NCBI GenBank assembly: GCA_963792585.1
Contig: CAWBWI010000002.1
Span: forward strand, 224,001-288,000
DNA length: 64,000 nucleotides
Reading direction: 5' to 3'
Source: Candidatus Eiseniibacteriota bacterium
GTDB taxonomy: Bacteria > Eisenbacteria > RBG-16-71-46 > CAIMUX01 > VGJL01
Part shown: positions 8,285 through 17,603 of the stretch, one piece after another
How the letters are laid out: every line of letters starts with the position of its first letter
How positions within the stretch are numbered: the first letter of the stretch is position 1
The notes under the pieces: generated by a model
Told to the model about the DNA's origin: nothing
Database searches by the model: none
What the model saw: the letters and a program-made list of their open reading frames with translations, nothing else
Made by a program: the position numbers and the translations under genes

Positions 8285-11200
8285 ATGCTAGACAGCATCA
8301 TCAGCTGGTCGATCCGTCACCGGATTGCGGTCATCGTCGGAGGGACCATACTGGCCGCCATCGGAGTCGTCGCCTTGTTGCATCTTCCCATCGATGCCTT
8401 CCCCGACACTACGCCGGTGCAGGTCCAGATCAACACCGTGGCCCCGGCCCTCTCTCCGCTCGAGATCGAGCGTCAGATCACCTCCCCGATCGAGCAGGCG
8501 ATCTCGGGTCTGCCGAAGCTCCACGAGGTTCGTTCGCTCTCGAAGTTCGGCCTGTCACAGGTGACCGTCATCTTCGAGGAGGGCTCCGAGATCTACCTCG
8601 GACGGCAGGTGGTGATGGAGCGCCTGCAATCGGTGGAGCTTCCTCAGGGGATCGCGCGTCCCCAGCTCGGTCCCGTCGCCACTGGCTTGGGCGAGGTCTT
8701 CCACTACCTCGTGACCGGCAAGGGAAAGAGCCTGAGCGAACTCCGAACGGTGCAAGATTGGATCATCAAGCCTCAACTTCGATCCGTTCCGGGGGTCGCC
8801 GAGGTCAACACCTGGGGAGGAGACGAGCGGCAGATCCACGTTCTCGTCGATCCCGTGAACCTGGCGAACTACGGACTCACACTCTCCGATCTCGCGACGG
8901 CTCTGGAACAGAACAACGCGAACGTCGGCGGCGGGTCGCTCGATCAGGCGGGCCAATCCGCCCTCATCCAGGGGATCGGCATCATCACCTCGCTAACGGA
9001 TGTGGAGAACATCATCATATCCTCTCGGGACGGCATCCCGACCCGCGTCCGCGACGTCGCGACCGTGGTCGATGGGCGGGAAATCCGGCGTGGAGCCGTG
9101 ACCGCGGACGGAACGGGAGAAGTCGTTCTGGGCCTTGGCTTCATGCTGATGGGTGAGAACAGCCACGATGTCGCTCGAGGACTCCAGGTGCGTCTCGAGG
9201 AGATCAAGAAGAGCCTTCCTCAAGGCGTCGACGTCACCACCGTGTACAACCGTACCGAGCTTGTCGACCACGTCTTGCGCACGGTGAAGGCGAATCTCTT
9301 CGAGGGGGCGTTGCTCGTCATTGCGGTGCTCTTCGTCTTCATGGGCAACGTGCGGGCAGGGCTCATCGTGGCTTCGGCGATTCCGCTCTCCATGCTGTTC
9401 GCGTTCGACCTCATGGTCCGCGCCGGAATCGCCGGCACCTTGATGAGCCTTGGTGCGATCGACTTCGGATTGATCGTCGATAGCTCGGTCATCATGGTGG
9501 AGAACACGGCCCGGCGCCTCTCGGAGGACCGAACGGCACGGTCCAAGACGGACGTCGTGCGGGAGGCCGCGATCGAGGTACGTCGGCCGACAATGTTCGG
9601 TGAACTGATCATCATGATCGTCTATCTGCCGATCCTGGCTCTCGAGGGAGTGGAGGGGAAGCTGTTTCAACCGATGGCGTTGACCGTCATCTTCGCCCTG
9701 ATGGGATCCCTCATCCTCTCCGTCACCCTCATGCCCGCTTTGTGCGCGACGTTTCTTCCCCGCCGGATGCCCGAGAAGGAGAACGCTGTTGTCGCGGGGG
9801 CAAAACGGCTCTACCGGCCTGCCCTGCGCGCTGCAGTGTCGCGGCCCAAGCTCGTTGTGACGGCCGTCGCGTTGCTGGTCGTTGGCGCCGGGGGCTTGGC
9901 GACGCGGCTCGGGTCCGAGTTCGTGCCCCGACTCAGGGAAGGCGCACTCGTGATCAACACGATACGGCTTGCCGGCGTGTCCGTCGATGAATCGGTGCGA
10001 TACGGGCTCCAGATCGAGCGAACCCTCGAGCAGGCGTTTCCTGATGAAATCGAGCGCGTCTGGACCCGCACGGGCACCGCGGAGGTCGCTACGGATCCAA
10101 TGGGCCTGGAGCTATCGGACATCTTCATCACGCTGAAGGACCGGGACCGCTGGCGGCGGGCGAAGACGCAGGACGATCTGGTGCGAGCGATGCAGGAGAG
10201 GCTGTCCGGCCTTCCCGGGATGCGGATGGTCTTCACTCAGCCGATCGAGATGCGTGTGAACGAGATGATTGCGGGAGTCCGCGCGGACGTCGGTGTGAAG
10301 CTGTTCGGGGATGACTTCGAGGTGCTGAAGAGCCGGGCGCGCGAGATCGAGGGTGTGATGAAGCGAATCCCCGGCGCGGCGGACGTCTTCGTGGAGCAGC
10401 TCACCGGGCAACCCGTGCTCGAGATCGCGGTCGACCGCGACGCGATTGCCCGACACGGCATCCCGGCGCACGAAGTGCTCGAGGCGATTGCATCACTCGG
10501 GACTCGCGAGGTCGGTGTGCTCCAGGAAGGCGAGCGTCGTTTTCCCATTGCGATATCGATCGACACGCGATATCGAACGGACGCCGGCGCGGTAGGCCGG
10601 ATTCTGGTGACGGCGACCAACGGCGACCGGGTCCCGCTGGAACGGCTGACCAAGATCCGCATGACGGAAGGGCCGTCCTCGATCAATCGGGAGTGGGGCA
10701 AGCGGCGGGTGGTGATTCAGGCGAATGTTCGGGGGCGCGACGTCGGGAGCTTCGTCTCCGACCTGAAGAGGGAATTGGATACGAAAGTCCCGCTTCCCCC
10801 TGGCTACTACGTACGTTTTGGCGGGCAGTTCGAGCACCTGGAGCGTGCCCGTGCGCGACTCATGCTCGTGGTGCCCCTCGCGCTCCTTCTGATTCTGATT
10901 CTCCTCTACCTCTCGTTTCGAAACCTGTCGGACGCGGCCACCGTCTTTACCGGAGTGCCCTTTGCGGCGGTCGGTGGCATTCTGGCGCTATGGATGAGGG
11001 GAATTCCATTCAGCATCTCGGCGGCCGTGGGATTCGTCGCGCTTTTCGGTGTGGCTGTCTTGAATGGGCTCGTGCTGGTTTCGACCATCCGGGACTCGCT
11101 GGCCCGGAAGGAATCGATGGACGATGCGATCGAGCATGCAGCGGAGCGGCGGCTTCGGCCGGTGTTGATGACCGCTCTCGTTGCGAGCTTGGGTTTCATC

Positions 11201-11350
11201 CCCATGGCGCTCAACACAGGAATCGGCGCTGAGGTGCAGAAGCCCCTCGCCACGGTCGTCATTGGCGGTTTGGTCTCATCAACCATCCTGACGCTCCTCG
11301 TCCTTCCGGTGCTCTACGGGATCCGCGGGAGGATGCGGCGGGCCACATAG
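8285..11350 (+). CDS. czcA: CusA/CzcA family heavy-metal efflux RND permease
   Basis: 1021 aa. LPIDAFPDTTPVQVQINT, MSLGAIDFGLIVD, EGKLFQPMA, RLRPVLMTALVASLGFIPMA and GAEVQKPLATVVIGG motifs. Confidence 0.95.
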   Translation: MLDSIISWSIRHRIAVIVGGTILAAIGVVALLHLPIDAFPDTTPVQVQINTVAPALSPLEIERQITSPIEQAISGLPKLHEVRSLSKFGLSQVTVIFEEGSEIYLGRQVVMERLQSVELPQGIARPQLGPVATGLGEVFHYLVTGKGKSLSELRTVQDWIIKPQLRSVPGVAEVNTWGGDERQIHVLVDPVNLANYGLTLSDLATALEQNNANVGGGSLDQAGQSALIQGIGIITSLTDVENIIISSRDGIPTRVRDVATVVDGREIRRGAVTADGTGEVVLGLGFMLMGENSHDVARGLQVRLEEIKKSLPQGVDVTTVYNRTELVDHVLRTVKANLFEGALLVIAVLFVFMGNVRAGLIVASAIPLSMLFAFDLMVRAGIAGTLMSLGAIDFGLIVDSSVIMVENTARRLSEDRTARSKTDVVREAAIEVRRPTMFGELIIMIVYLPILALEGVEGKLFQPMALTVIFALMGSLILSVTLMPALCATFLPRRMPEKENAVVAGAKRLYRPALRAAVSRPKLVVTAVALLVVGAGGLATRLGSEFVPRLREGALVINTIRLAGVSVDESVRYGLQIERTLEQAFPDEIERVWTRTGTAEVATDPMGLELSDIFITLKDRDRWRRAKTQDDLVRAMQERLSGLPGMRMVFTQPIEMRVNEMIAGVRADVGVKLFGDDFEVLKSRAREIEGVMKRIPGAADVFVEQLTGQPVLEIAVDRDAIARHGIPAHEVLEAIASLGTREVGVLQEGERRFPIAISIDTRYRTDAGAVGRILVTATNGDRVPLERLTKIRMTEGPSSINREWGKRRVVIQANVRGRDVGSFVSDLKRELDTKVPLPPGYYVRFGGQFEHLERARARLMLVVPLALLLILILLYLSFRNLSDAATVFTGVPFAAVGGILALWMRGIPFSISAAVGFVALFGVAVLNGLVLVSTIRDSLARKESMDDAIEHAAERRLRPVLMTALVASLGFIPMALNTGIGAEVQKPLATVVIGGLVSSTILTLLVLPVLYGIRGRMRRAT

Positions 11351-11616
11351 AAGGGGAAATCATGGCGAGCCGGGTTCGCGTTTGCCGGACCCAGCCTCCG
11401 CCGCCCTCCTGCCGACGCGTACCGGAAACGGAGAAATCCACGGGATTGGCAATCCAACCCACCGGGAACCTCGTATTCCCTGGTGACGGGCGCGGGACCA
11501 TGCGGCTGCGCCCGCGAATCAATTCACATTTCGGGTGGGGCCCCGGCGTTGCGAATTCCGTCATCCATGCGAAGGCGGATTGGCAGTTCGCATGTCTCGA
11601 AGGGAGAGGACGGACG

Positions 11617-12888
11617 ATGATCGGTCACCGGGAGTTGGACCTTCACCTGACACCAGAGCAGCGGGCCCTCAAGGAGGGTGTGCACCAGTTCGCCGCGCAG
11701 GTATTGCGTCCCACTGCGACGGCCCTCGATCGGTTGAGCGATCCGCAGCAGGTGATCGATCCGGCATCCCCTCTGTGGACAGCGCTGAAGGCGGCATACG
11801 CGGAGGGGTTCCATACGGCGCTCATTCCGACGCAGTGCGGTGGGCTCGGCCTGCAGGGCCTGAGCCTGCATATTGCGCTCGAGGAACTGGGCTGGGGCAG
11901 TGCGGAGTTTGCCGCGAGTCTCGCCGTGGCCGGATTTCCGTTCGCCTCCGTGGCTGCGAGCGGTCGCCCGGAACTGATCGAGGAGTTCGTCGTGCCCTTC
12001 GTAGCCGACAAGGAAGCCCGCATCGTGGGCTGCTGGGCGATCACCGAACCGAACCATGGCTCCGATCAGTTCATGACCGGAATGCCGCAGTTTCACGACG
12101 CAGCGATCGCGGCCCAGGTCCGTGCGCAGCCGGACGGAGACCACTACGTCGTCAACGGCCAGAAGGCCAGCTGGGTGTCCAACGGGACGATCGCCACGCA
12201 TGCGATCACATATCTCGCCCTCGATGCAGCGAAGGGATTGGCCGGCGGGGGTGTGGCGATGATTCCGTTGAATCTGCCCGGTGTGTCCAAAGGGCCGCCG
12301 CTGGACAAGATGGGTCAGCGCGCCCTGAACCAGGGCAGCATCACCTTCACGAACGCGCGGATTCCCAGGCGGTACGTGCTGGCAGAAGCGGACGCGTACG
12401 AAGCGGTCCTCCAGCAGACGCTGGTGTTGACCAACGGGGCCATGGGGGCCGTATTCACCGGCGTTGCCCGGGCCGCTTATGAAGCGGCTCTGGCCTATGC
12501 CAAGACCCGAGTGCAGGGGGGCAAGCCGATCTGCGAGCACCAGCTGGTCCAGAAGCACCTGTTCGAGATGTTCACAAAGGTCGAGACCTGCCGAGCCCTG
12601 TCGCGGGCCGTGATGGTTTACAACGCCGCCGCGCAGCCCCCTTCCCTCGAGCACGCGATTGCGGCCAAGGTCTACTGCACGCAGGCGTGCCTGGAGGTTA
12701 CCGACACGGCGCTCCAGCTATTCGGGGGCAACGGCCTCAGCCGGGAGTACCCGATCGAGAAGCTCTACCGAGACGCGCGCGCCTCGCTGATCGAGGACGG
12801 CGCGAATGACGTTCTGATGCTGGTGGGCGCGCGGCGGCTGCTGGCGGCGAAGGGAGATGCAACGCCGGCCGAGGTTTTGAGTGCGTGA
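11617..12888 (+). CDS. Acyl-CoA dehydrogenase family protein
   Basis: GCWAITEPNHGSD, VNGQKASWVSNG, YAKTRVQGGKPI and ALQLFGGNGLSREYPIEKLYRDAR motifs. RBS before ATG 11617. Confidence 0.9.
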   Translation: MIGHRELDLHLTPEQRALKEGVHQFAAQVLRPTATALDRLSDPQQVIDPASPLWTALKAAYAEGFHTALIPTQCGGLGLQGLSLHIALEELGWGSAEFAASLAVAGFPFASVAASGRPELIEEFVVPFVADKEARIVGCWAITEPNHGSDQFMTGMPQFHDAAIAAQVRAQPDGDHYVVNGQKASWVSNGTIATHAITYLALDAAKGLAGGGVAMIPLNLPGVSKGPPLDKMGQRALNQGSITFTNARIPRRYVLAEADAYEAVLQQTLVLTNGAMGAVFTGVARAAYEAALAYAKTRVQGGKPICEHQLVQKHLFEMFTKVETCRALSRAVMVYNAAAQPPSLEHAIAAKVYCTQACLEVTDTALQLFGGNGLSREYPIEKLYRDARASLIEDGANDVLMLVGARRLLAAKGDATPAEVLSA

Positions 12889-13136
12889 CCAGCAGATGAG
12901 GGCGATCTCGCGATAGGCCGGGCGCCCGCCAGCGTGGACGAGATCGACATGCATCGCAGGGAGCCGCGGAGCATCGAGCGGGTCCTGACGTCCGGAGTTC
13001 TCCACGAGGATCATAGCCGTGCCCCGATCGGGGAGAGCGTATCAACCTCCACCGGATGGCGACTTCTCACCAGTCGATCCGGCGTCCAGATACGCACGTC
13101 CCTTGCATCGGCATCCACGATTTGGAGGCAGAACCC

Positions 13137-14108
13137 ATGCTCAATCTCGTTTCAGCCCCCAGTCCTGCCGCACGTTCCTTTCTCTGCGAATTCGTCGGTT
13201 TTCTCATAGCGTCCTTGTTTCTCGCGGTTTCCTCAGCAGGCGCCACCGTGACCTTCGCGTCTCAGTTCCGCGACGTCACCACCTTTGCGACCGTGGATCG
13301 TGTCCAGGGCGAGGATCCCTTCTGCACGAGCGACGAATCATCGGATCAGGGCGGAGGATTCGATCAGACGGTCAGCTGCCAGGCCGGCGAGGGTGGGAAT
13401 CGGGCCCTCGGCACCGCGTCGCAACTTTCCTATGTCCAACTCCCGACCCTCATCGCGGAGGGATCCTTCCAGGCGACCGCCGAGATCGACGGCGAAGCGA
13501 CGTTTGCCGAGGGCTTCGGCGGGAGCCGGTTAATCTCCGAGTTCTCTGTCGACGAGCCGATCGAGATCCGCCTCATGGCGACGATCTTCGCCGACGGCAA
13601 CGGGACGGCGAACCTGGTCTTCCGCGTCAAGGACGGAACGCTCTTCGTCTACCGGTCGATTCATGACACCAGCGATTCGATCGATGAGCGGATCACGCTC
13701 CCCCCGGGAGTGTACGAGTTGACGGCCACCGTCGGCGGCTACGGCCAGGCGCTTCAAGGCGGGGGAGGCGAGCCGGCCCGCGGGAGCTTCGCGCTTTCGA
13801 TGCACTTCCCCGACGCGGCGGATGTGGAACCGCCAACCGCCTTTGCCTCGGCCCGCTCGATCCCGGGGATCGTCCCGAATCCCGTGCGCTCCCAAGCGCG
13901 AATCCTCCCCGTTGCCGGATCGGGGCCCTTGGGCGGTGACGTCGACATCCTCAACCTCGCGGGACGGGCGGTGCGACGCCTGCAGGACCTGCCACCGCAG
14001 GGATTGGACTGGGACGTCACGGATGATGCGGGCCGTCCCTTGCCTGCCGGGATCTACTTCGTGCGCGACGCCATGGGCCGATCGAGCAAGGCGATCGTTC
14101 TGCGGTAG
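13137..14108 (+). CDS. Secreted protein with C-terminal FlgD-Ig/T9SS-like domain
   Basis: Hydrophobic signal. C-term VPNPVR...ILNLAGRAVRRL...WDVTDDAGRPLPAGIYFVR...KAIVLR. Confidence 0.7.
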   Translation: MLNLVSAPSPAARSFLCEFVGFLIASLFLAVSSAGATVTFASQFRDVTTFATVDRVQGEDPFCTSDESSDQGGGFDQTVSCQAGEGGNRALGTASQLSYVQLPTLIAEGSFQATAEIDGEATFAEGFGGSRLISEFSVDEPIEIRLMATIFADGNGTANLVFRVKDGTLFVYRSIHDTSDSIDERITLPPGVYELTATVGGYGQALQGGGGEPARGSFALSMHFPDAADVEPPTAFASARSIPGIVPNPVRSQARILPVAGSGPLGGDVDILNLAGRAVRRLQDLPPQGLDWDVTDDAGRPLPAGIYFVRDAMGRSSKAIVLR

Positions 14109-14277
14109 AGCGATCCCGAACACGAGGTCGACCGCCCGGGACCGACCGAATCTCGATCCGCCCGATGCGCCGGAACCCCTGTCTCGGGTTCCGGCGCCGC
14201 CGCGTTTCTCGAGACCCCGGTTCGGATCCAAATGACCTGGAAATCACCTTCCCGTAGAATGACACCCGGAATCACGT

Positions 14278-16326
14278 GTGGGAAGGAGGACCGTTCAGCC
14301 AAGTGCAGGGGTCCCGGCCGTGAAGAGATCGGAGGCTCCACTTCGCCGCATTCATGAAGAGCGACGCAAATCGCCCGGCCCCCGTCGACCGAGCGCTCCA
14401 GGCCCGACCCCTTTGATCCGCATTCGGAGCACGGGGCTTCGGGCCGCACGCGCGCTTCTCGGCCGCATCCTCTTGGCGTCGGCCATCGCCGCGCTCGCCG
14501 CTGGCAAGGTCGTTACCGCTCCAGCCGTGCCCTCAATGTCGACCGATATCCTTCAGCAGCCCTCCCCGCGCGTCTTGGTGCTCTTCTCGGGCGACCGTCT
14601 GTCCCCGGCCAACATCCTTTTCGACGAGGCGTTTCGCCGCGCCCTCTCCGCCGGCCCCGGGGAGCCGGTCGAGTCCTCCGAGGAATTTCTCGACGAGGTG
14701 GATTTCCCCGTGCGTTACCAGGACCGCATGGCGGGCCTCCTCCGCGAGAAGTACGGGGAGCATCCGCCCGATGTCATCGTCACTCTTGGTTCGTCGAGTT
14801 TCGACCTCGCCCTCCGGATCCGTCCGCCGCTCTTCCCGAATGCTCCGATTGTCTTTGCGGGCCTGAGTCATGACCCCGCGGGAGGAGCGAGAGAGCCCGG
14901 CGTGACCGGGGCGTTCTCGAGCGTCGACCTGCCGGCGACCCTACGCCTCGCGATGCGCCTCCATCCTCGCACCCAGCGGGTGTTCGTGATCTCGGGGAAG
15001 ACTGGGCCCGCCACACCGGATTCTGTACGGGCGCAGTTCCTAGGTGCGGACTCCGGGGTCTCTCTCCACGTTCTCCAGGCGTTGTCCCTCCCCGATCTCC
15101 AGCGAGCATTGTCGAGTCTGCCCGAGCACAGCTTGGTCATCGATCTGTCCGACCTGGGAGGTGATTCCGCGAGTTGGGCTCACCGGGAGGAGTCGACGCG
15201 ACGCATGGCGGCGGCCACGAATGCGCCGATCTACGGGGTCTCGGATCCGCTGGTCGGATGGGGTCTCGTAGGAGCCGTCGTGACGCCGGTCGACTCGATC
15301 GGACAGGCGGCGGCGGCCATGACCCGCGAGATCCTTTCGCGTTCGTTCGAGGATCAACTACCCGTGGTGCGGAGATTGGAGGCGGCGCCGCTGGTCGATT
15401 GGCGCCAGGCGCGCCGCTGGCACGTGCACAAGAACCAGATCCCCGCGGGGAGTATCCTGCGAAACGAGTCCCGCTCCTTCTGGCAGCAGTACCGCTTGCT
15501 GGTGACCACATGGGGCGGGCTCTTCCTGCTGCAGAGCGGTCTCATCATCGCCCTCGTTCTCCAGAGTCGTCGCCGTCGCCGCGCGGAGCTGGAAGCCCGC
15601 AGACGGCGCGAGGAACTCGCACACATGACCCGCGTGGCGACCATGGGGGAGCTCACAGCGTCGCTGGCCCACGAGATCAACCAACCGCTGGCCGCGATTC
15701 TGAGCAACGCGCAGGCGGGCACCCGACTCCTCGCGAACGACGATTTCAACCTGGACGAGATCCGCGAAATCCTCTCCGATATCGCAGCGGACGACCTGCG
15801 CGCAGGTGAAGTCATCCGCCGCATGCGCACCTTGCTCCGCAAGGGGGAGTTCCGTCCGACGGAGCTGGACGTGAACGATCTGGTCGAAGAAGTCGTAGGG
15901 CTCGTTCGGGGAGAGCTGATCCTGCAGAATGTCGTCCTCACGCTCGATCTCACTCCCAGGCTGCGTCCCGTCCACGGCGACCGGGTTCAGTTGCAGCAGG
16001 TGCTCCTGAACCTCATGATGAACGCACTGGATGCGATGAAGGAAGTCCCCGATGGAAGTCGCCGGGTCCTGGTCCGTTCCACACTATCCGACGCGAACTT
16101 CGTCCAGGTCTCCGTCGATGACACAGGCGCCGGCATTCCCGCGGGCGATCTCGAGAAGTGCTTCGAGCCGTTCGTCACGACCAAGGCGCACGGATTGGGG
16201 TTGGGGCTTTCGATCTGCCGCTCGATCATCCAGGCCCACGGCGGGCGTATCGGATCGAAGAACAATTCCGGCCGGGGAGCAACCTTCTGGTTTACGCTGC
16301 CGGCCGTGGACGAGAAGAAGCCATGA
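14278..16326 (+). CDS. Membrane sensor histidine kinase with ABC substrate-binding-like sensor domain (start uncertain)
   Basis: TM segment, H-box ASLAHEINQPLAAI, N-box LQQVLLNLMMNA, DTGAGI and TTKAHGLGLGLSIC. Confidence 0.9.
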   Translation: MGRRTVQPSAGVPAVKRSEAPLRRIHEERRKSPGPRRPSAPGPTPLIRIRSTGLRAARALLGRILLASAIAALAAGKVVTAPAVPSMSTDILQQPSPRVLVLFSGDRLSPANILFDEAFRRALSAGPGEPVESSEEFLDEVDFPVRYQDRMAGLLREKYGEHPPDVIVTLGSSSFDLALRIRPPLFPNAPIVFAGLSHDPAGGAREPGVTGAFSSVDLPATLRLAMRLHPRTQRVFVISGKTGPATPDSVRAQFLGADSGVSLHVLQALSLPDLQRALSSLPEHSLVIDLSDLGGDSASWAHREESTRRMAAATNAPIYGVSDPLVGWGLVGAVVTPVDSIGQAAAAMTREILSRSFEDQLPVVRRLEAAPLVDWRQARRWHVHKNQIPAGSILRNESRSFWQQYRLLVTTWGGLFLLQSGLIIALVLQSRRRRRAELEARRRREELAHMTRVATMGELTASLAHEINQPLAAILSNAQAGTRLLANDDFNLDEIREILSDIAADDLRAGEVIRRMRTLLRKGEFRPTELDVNDLVEEVVGLVRGELILQNVVLTLDLTPRLRPVHGDRVQLQQVLLNLMMNALDAMKEVPDGSRRVLVRSTLSDANFVQVSVDDTGAGIPAGDLEKCFEPFVTTKAHGLGLGLSICRSIIQAHGGRIGSKNNSGRGATFWFTLPAVDEKKP

Positions 16327-16943
16327 ATGCCTCTGGATCGATCGTATTCGTAGTCGACGACGAGCCGTCCGTCCGCAAGAGCCTGGGAAGGCTTCTGAAA
16401 GCGGCCGGCTACAGGACCGAGGCATACGCGTCGGCGCGCGAGTTCCTGCAGCGTTGGAAGGGGGACGAGGTCGCGTGTCTGGTGCTCGACGTCCAGATGC
16501 CCGACCTGAACGGGATGGAGCTGCAGCAGGTTCTGGCGAGGTCGGACCATCCCGTCTCGATCGTATTCATCACGGGCCACGGGGACATCCCCACGAGCGT
16601 GCGGGCCATGAAGGCCGGAGCGACCGATTTTCTGTCCAAGCCCTTCGACGAGAAGGACCTGCTCGACGCCATCGAACGGGCGCTGCAAAAGGCGGCCTCC
16701 GAGCTCGATGACCAGGCGGCCGGCCGCGAGGCGCACCGGCGTCTGGCGACCCTGACGCCGCGCGAGCATGAGGTGCTGCTGCACGTGCTCGCGGGCGAGT
16801 TGAACAAGCAGATCGCCACGGCGCTTGGCGCTTCCGAGAAGACGATCAAGGTGCACCGGGGTCGGGTCATGCACAAGATGGGCGTTCGCTCCGTCGCCGA
16901 CCTGGTCCGCCTCTGCGAGAAGGCAGGCATTCGACTGGCCTGA
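16323..16943 (+). CDS. FixJ/NodW-family response regulator (REC + LuxR HTH)
   Basis: VFVVDDEPSVRKSL, LDVQMP, FITGHGDIPTSVRAMKAGA, LTPREHEV and TIKVHRGRVMHKM motifs. Confidence 0.92.
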   Translation: MNASGSIVFVVDDEPSVRKSLGRLLKAAGYRTEAYASAREFLQRWKGDEVACLVLDVQMPDLNGMELQQVLARSDHPVSIVFITGHGDIPTSVRAMKAGATDFLSKPFDEKDLLDAIERALQKAASELDDQAAGREAHRRLATLTPREHEVLLHVLAGELNKQIATALGASEKTIKVHRGRVMHKMGVRSVADLVRLCEKAGIRLA

Positions 16944-16976
16944 GAGCCTCACGCGACGCGATCCTCCGCCCCGCGC

Positions 16977-16992
16977 GGACCAAGGTCCCATA
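16977..16992 (+). promoter_or_regulatory. Palindromic motif GGACC-AA-GGTCC(CATA), candidate response-regulator site 1
   Basis: Perfect 5-bp inverted repeat upstream of the receiver gene. 14/16 identical to the copy at 17439. Confidence 0.55.
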
Positions 16993-17025
16993 GCACGGAT
17001 TGCCTCCAGGGGCCAGAGTCCAGAC

Positions 17026-17394
17026 ATGGCCTCTCGTCTCTTCACGGTCGTCGTTGATGACGATCTCTCCGTATGTCGCGCCCTCCGCCGCCTCCTGCAA
17101 TCCGCAGGAATGTGGGTGGAGACCAACATATCCGGCGAGAGCTTCCTGCAGACCCCTCTGGAGCGAGAGCCGGATTGCCTCATCCTGGACGTCCGCATGC
17201 CGGGGATGTCGGGACCGCAGCTTCGCGACCGGATCCGCGACTTGGGCTGTCAAACCCCGGTGGTCTTCATCACGGCGCATGCGGAGGACGAGAGCGGTCT
17301 GGACGGAATGGATGAGGAAGTCCTCCGAAAGCCATTCGGCGACCAAGCTCTGATCGACGCCATCCATCGCGCCGTGGACCGGCGAGGAACCTGA
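17026..17394 (+). CDS. Single-domain response regulator (receiver only)
   Basis: VVVDDDLSVCRAL, CLILDVRMPGMSG, VFITAH and LRKPF motifs. Confidence 0.88.
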   Translation: MASRLFTVVVDDDLSVCRALRRLLQSAGMWVETNISGESFLQTPLEREPDCLILDVRMPGMSGPQLRDRIRDLGCQTPVVFITAHAEDESGLDGMDEEVLRKPFGDQALIDAIHRAVDRRGT

Positions 17395-17438
17395 ATGCGG
17401 CTCCACCCGTTCCCAAGACCGCCGGAGGGTCCGATGTT

Positions 17439-17454
17439 GGACCAAAGGCCCATA
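17439..17454 (+). promoter_or_regulatory. Motif GGACCAAAGGCCCATA, candidate response-regulator site 2
   Basis: Near-copy of 16977-16992, about 150 bp upstream of the radical SAM gene. Confidence 0.5.
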
Positions 17455-17603
17455 TTCCACCGGTTGTCCGCCCTGTAATTGTGGGTCGAGGCCGGATTGG
17501 CATGCCTCTCGTTTGCGGCGCGCCGGTTGGCCTTGCCGACGGCGAAGCGGGTACGCCCGCTTCGCCCGACGGCATCTCAGACGAAGAAGTTCGAGGAGAC
17601 CCG

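Noticed and set aside
13091..13108. Sigma54-like promoter TACGCACGTCCCTTGCAT; also TTGGCACGTCATGCAA near 31965
   Set aside because: The first lacks the invariant -24 GG. The second has the wrong GG-to-GC spacing.
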